Origin: an uncultured Veillonellaceae bacterium | GTDB taxonomy: Bacteria; Bacillota; Negativicutes; JARBTT01 | Assembly: GCA_963805085.1 (NCBI GenBank) | Contig: CAWDTA010000003.1 | Location: 256,001-320,000, forward strand | DNA length: 64,000 bases | Direction: 5' to 3' | Shown here: positions 61,940-64,000 of the stretch, in pieces | How the letters are laid out: every line of letters begins with the position of its first letter | Numbering within the stretch: position 1 is the first letter of the stretch | The notes under the pieces: generated by a model | Told to the model about the DNA's origin: nothing | The model's input: only the letters and a program-made list of their open reading frames with translations | Database searches by the model: none | Position numbers and translations under genes: made by a program

Positions 61940-62220
61940 TTTTTATATAGTATATGTAAAAACTATAACTGTAAAAATGGTTAGACTGTAAAAGAAACAG
62001 GCTATTAATACTTAAACTATTAATAGCCTGTTCTCTATTTGAATTGATATATTTATCACTGAATCAATATAAATGATTTTGTTAGGTTAATTTTATTAAA
62101 AATAAGCTATACTTATAATAAGTAGGACTTTACAATAATTGAAGTAATAGATAGAATAAGACTATAGTATATTGTTTTTATTTTCACAATTATATTTACT
62201 TGGTAAGGGGAAGTGACTGT

Positions 62221-63180
62221 ATGTTAAAATGTATTGCAGTAATGACTAGTGGTGGCGATAGCCCAGGAATGAACGCGGCAGCTCGTGCTGTTGTTAGAAC
62301 AGCATTATATGAAGGTGCTGAAGTATATGGTATTTATAATGGTTACCAAGGTATTTTAGAGGATGATATGAAAAAATTGGCGTCTCGTGATGTTGGGGAT
62401 ATTATCCAACGTGGTGGTACTTTCCTTGGTACAGCGCGTTGTGATGAATTCAGAACGGAAGCGGGACGTAAAAAAGCATTAGAAAATTTAAAGAAACGTG
62501 GGATTCAAGGGGTCGTTATCATTGGTGGTGATGGTAGTTTAACTGGTGGTAAATTATTAAGTGAGATGGGTATGCCGGTTGTTGGTCTGCCTGGAACAAT
62601 TGATAATGATGTATGGGGTACAGATTATACGATTGGCTGTGATACTGCTGCCAATACGATCGTTGATGCAATTAACAAATTGCGTGATACCGCATCCGCA
62701 CATCGCCGGATTATTATTATCGAAGTTATGGGACGTAAATCTGGCTGGCTTGCAATGCAGGCAGGTATTTCAGGTGGCGCTGAACATATACTAGTGCCAG
62801 AAGCGAAATTTGACATTGATGAAATTTGTGAAGAATTGAAAGCAGCTTATGAACGCGGCAAACGTTACAGCATTGTAGTTGTTGCCGAAGGTGCAGGCAA
62901 TGCGATTGATATTGGTAAACAAGTAGCTGAAAAAACTGGTATTGATACTAGAGTATCGGTATTGGGACATATTCAGCGTGGTGGCTCACCAAGTGTTGAA
63001 GATCGTATCAAAGCAAGTATGCTCGGCGAAAAAGCTGCGCTTGCGCTTCTTTCTGGTTTATCCAACGTAGTCTTTGGCTTTGAGGCTGGAAAACCAGTTA
63101 GTATTGATTTAGCAGATGCCGTAGGCAACACAAAAACATTGGATCCAGAACTGATTCGCTTAGCGAAAGTATTGGCATAA
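62221..63180 (+). CDS. pfkA: ATP-dependent 6-phosphofructokinase
   Basis: TSGGDSPGMNAA, GGDGS, PGTIDND, EVMGR, LGHIQRGG. Confidence 0.97.
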   Translation: MLKCIAVMTSGGDSPGMNAAARAVVRTALYEGAEVYGIYNGYQGILEDDMKKLASRDVGDIIQRGGTFLGTARCDEFRTEAGRKKALENLKKRGIQGVVIIGGDGSLTGGKLLSEMGMPVVGLPGTIDNDVWGTDYTIGCDTAANTIVDAINKLRDTASAHRRIIIIEVMGRKSGWLAMQAGISGGAEHILVPEAKFDIDEICEELKAAYERGKRYSIVVVAEGAGNAIDIGKQVAEKTGIDTRVSVLGHIQRGGSPSVEDRIKASMLGEKAALALLSGLSNVVFGFEAGKPVSIDLADAVGNTKTLDPELIRLAKVLA

Positions 63181-63470
63181 AAATAAAAATGACTGAGAAT
63201 TTTATTCTCAGTCATTTTTGTTATCTATTATAATTTTACACCGTCTAAAGATGAGTAATTTTTAAAATCATATTTTCCCATTTTATCATAAAAATCGACA
63301 ATGTAAATGGAGACTATATAGTCTCTTCTTCAGTTACTGAATTTTAGTATTCATTTATTTTTTTTTGTAACAATAAGATAATAAAAAGAAAAGTAGGAAA
63401 TAGAGTGGCAATGACGAATGTTATTAACTTGTCTAGTATAGTAAAGGAAAGTTGTTGGAGGAATTGTTTT

Positions 63471-63995
63471 ATGCAGAAAAAAAGAAAATTAGAATTGCGT
63501 GATATGGTTATGATTGGTATGCTAGCGGCAATTTGCGTAATTGCAACATTGATTAAAATACCATTTGGTGTTGGGGCTATGGTGCATTTAGGGACAGCGG
63601 CAGTGTTTATAATTGGTATTTTGTTTGGCGGGATTTATGCAGGTTTGGCTGCGGCAATCGGCTCCGCGTTTTTTGACTTATTGTTAGGTTTTTCACCCTA
63701 TACGATTTGGTCTTTTGTAATCAAGGGGGCGGCTGGTTTCACCATAGGGGTTGTTGCCCGTGGATTATGGCCAGAACTTATTGTCGGTCCCAAATGGTTG
63801 TTTCGTTCATGTTTAGGGATGGCCTTAGCAGCATCTTGTACGCTTGGTGGCTATGTGATTGCTTGGTGGGCTGTAACTGGCAGTGTAAGTGTAGCGATCA
63901 GTAATATGCCTAGTTCGTTATTGACTTCCGGCGTAGGATTTGTCGTAGCAATCATCATTGCGCCCAAATTACGTCAAATATTACATAAACAATAA
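63471..63995 (+). CDS. ECF transporter S component
   Basis: AA...AT.I.IP...VHLG, A.IGS..FDLL.G....W...IKG; RBS ggagg before ATG 63471. Confidence 0.85.
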   Translation: MQKKRKLELRDMVMIGMLAAICVIATLIKIPFGVGAMVHLGTAAVFIIGILFGGIYAGLAAAIGSAFFDLLLGFSPYTIWSFVIKGAAGFTIGVVARGLWPELIVGPKWLFRSCLGMALAASCTLGGYVIAWWAVTGSVSVAISNMPSSLLTSGVGFVVAIIIAPKLRQILHKQ

Positions 63996-64000
63996 ATGAT

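Noticed and set aside
701-63904. Numerous short antisense or alternate-frame ORFs in the track
   Set aside because: They overlap well-supported genes and lack RBSs or motifs, so I treated them as shadow ORFs.
1-64000. CRISPR array, tRNA or rRNA genes
   Set aside because: No regularly spaced repeat-spacer series or recognisable structural RNA gene seen by eye.

Overview
Low-GC Firmicute chromosome segment; gene content suggests Negativicutes, which is my inference. Housekeeping flanks carry the 3' end of a trans-AT PKS beta-branching cassette (pksF/AT/acpK-like), a 5-oxoprolinase operon, pdxST with pdxR, a polar amino-acid ABC transporter, a tandem glycine riboswitch before two LivJ-like binding proteins, an L-rhamnose locus, a sigma54/LevR-type mannose-family PTS and pfkA. 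The main feature is a ~24 kb accessory island (about 17.5-41.8 kb). It encodes a headless, sheathless siphophage-type tail (tube, lambda M/L/K/J-like tip, fibre, holin/endolysin). I recognise no capsid, portal, terminase, integrase or tape measure gene. The slot where the tape measure normally lies holds three polymorphic toxin-immunity cassettes that share a conserved N-proximal domain, and a lipase effector downstream carries part of the same domain. I propose this as a candidate phage-tail-associated polymorphic toxin system. All family assignments come from reading motifs by eye; no database search was run.
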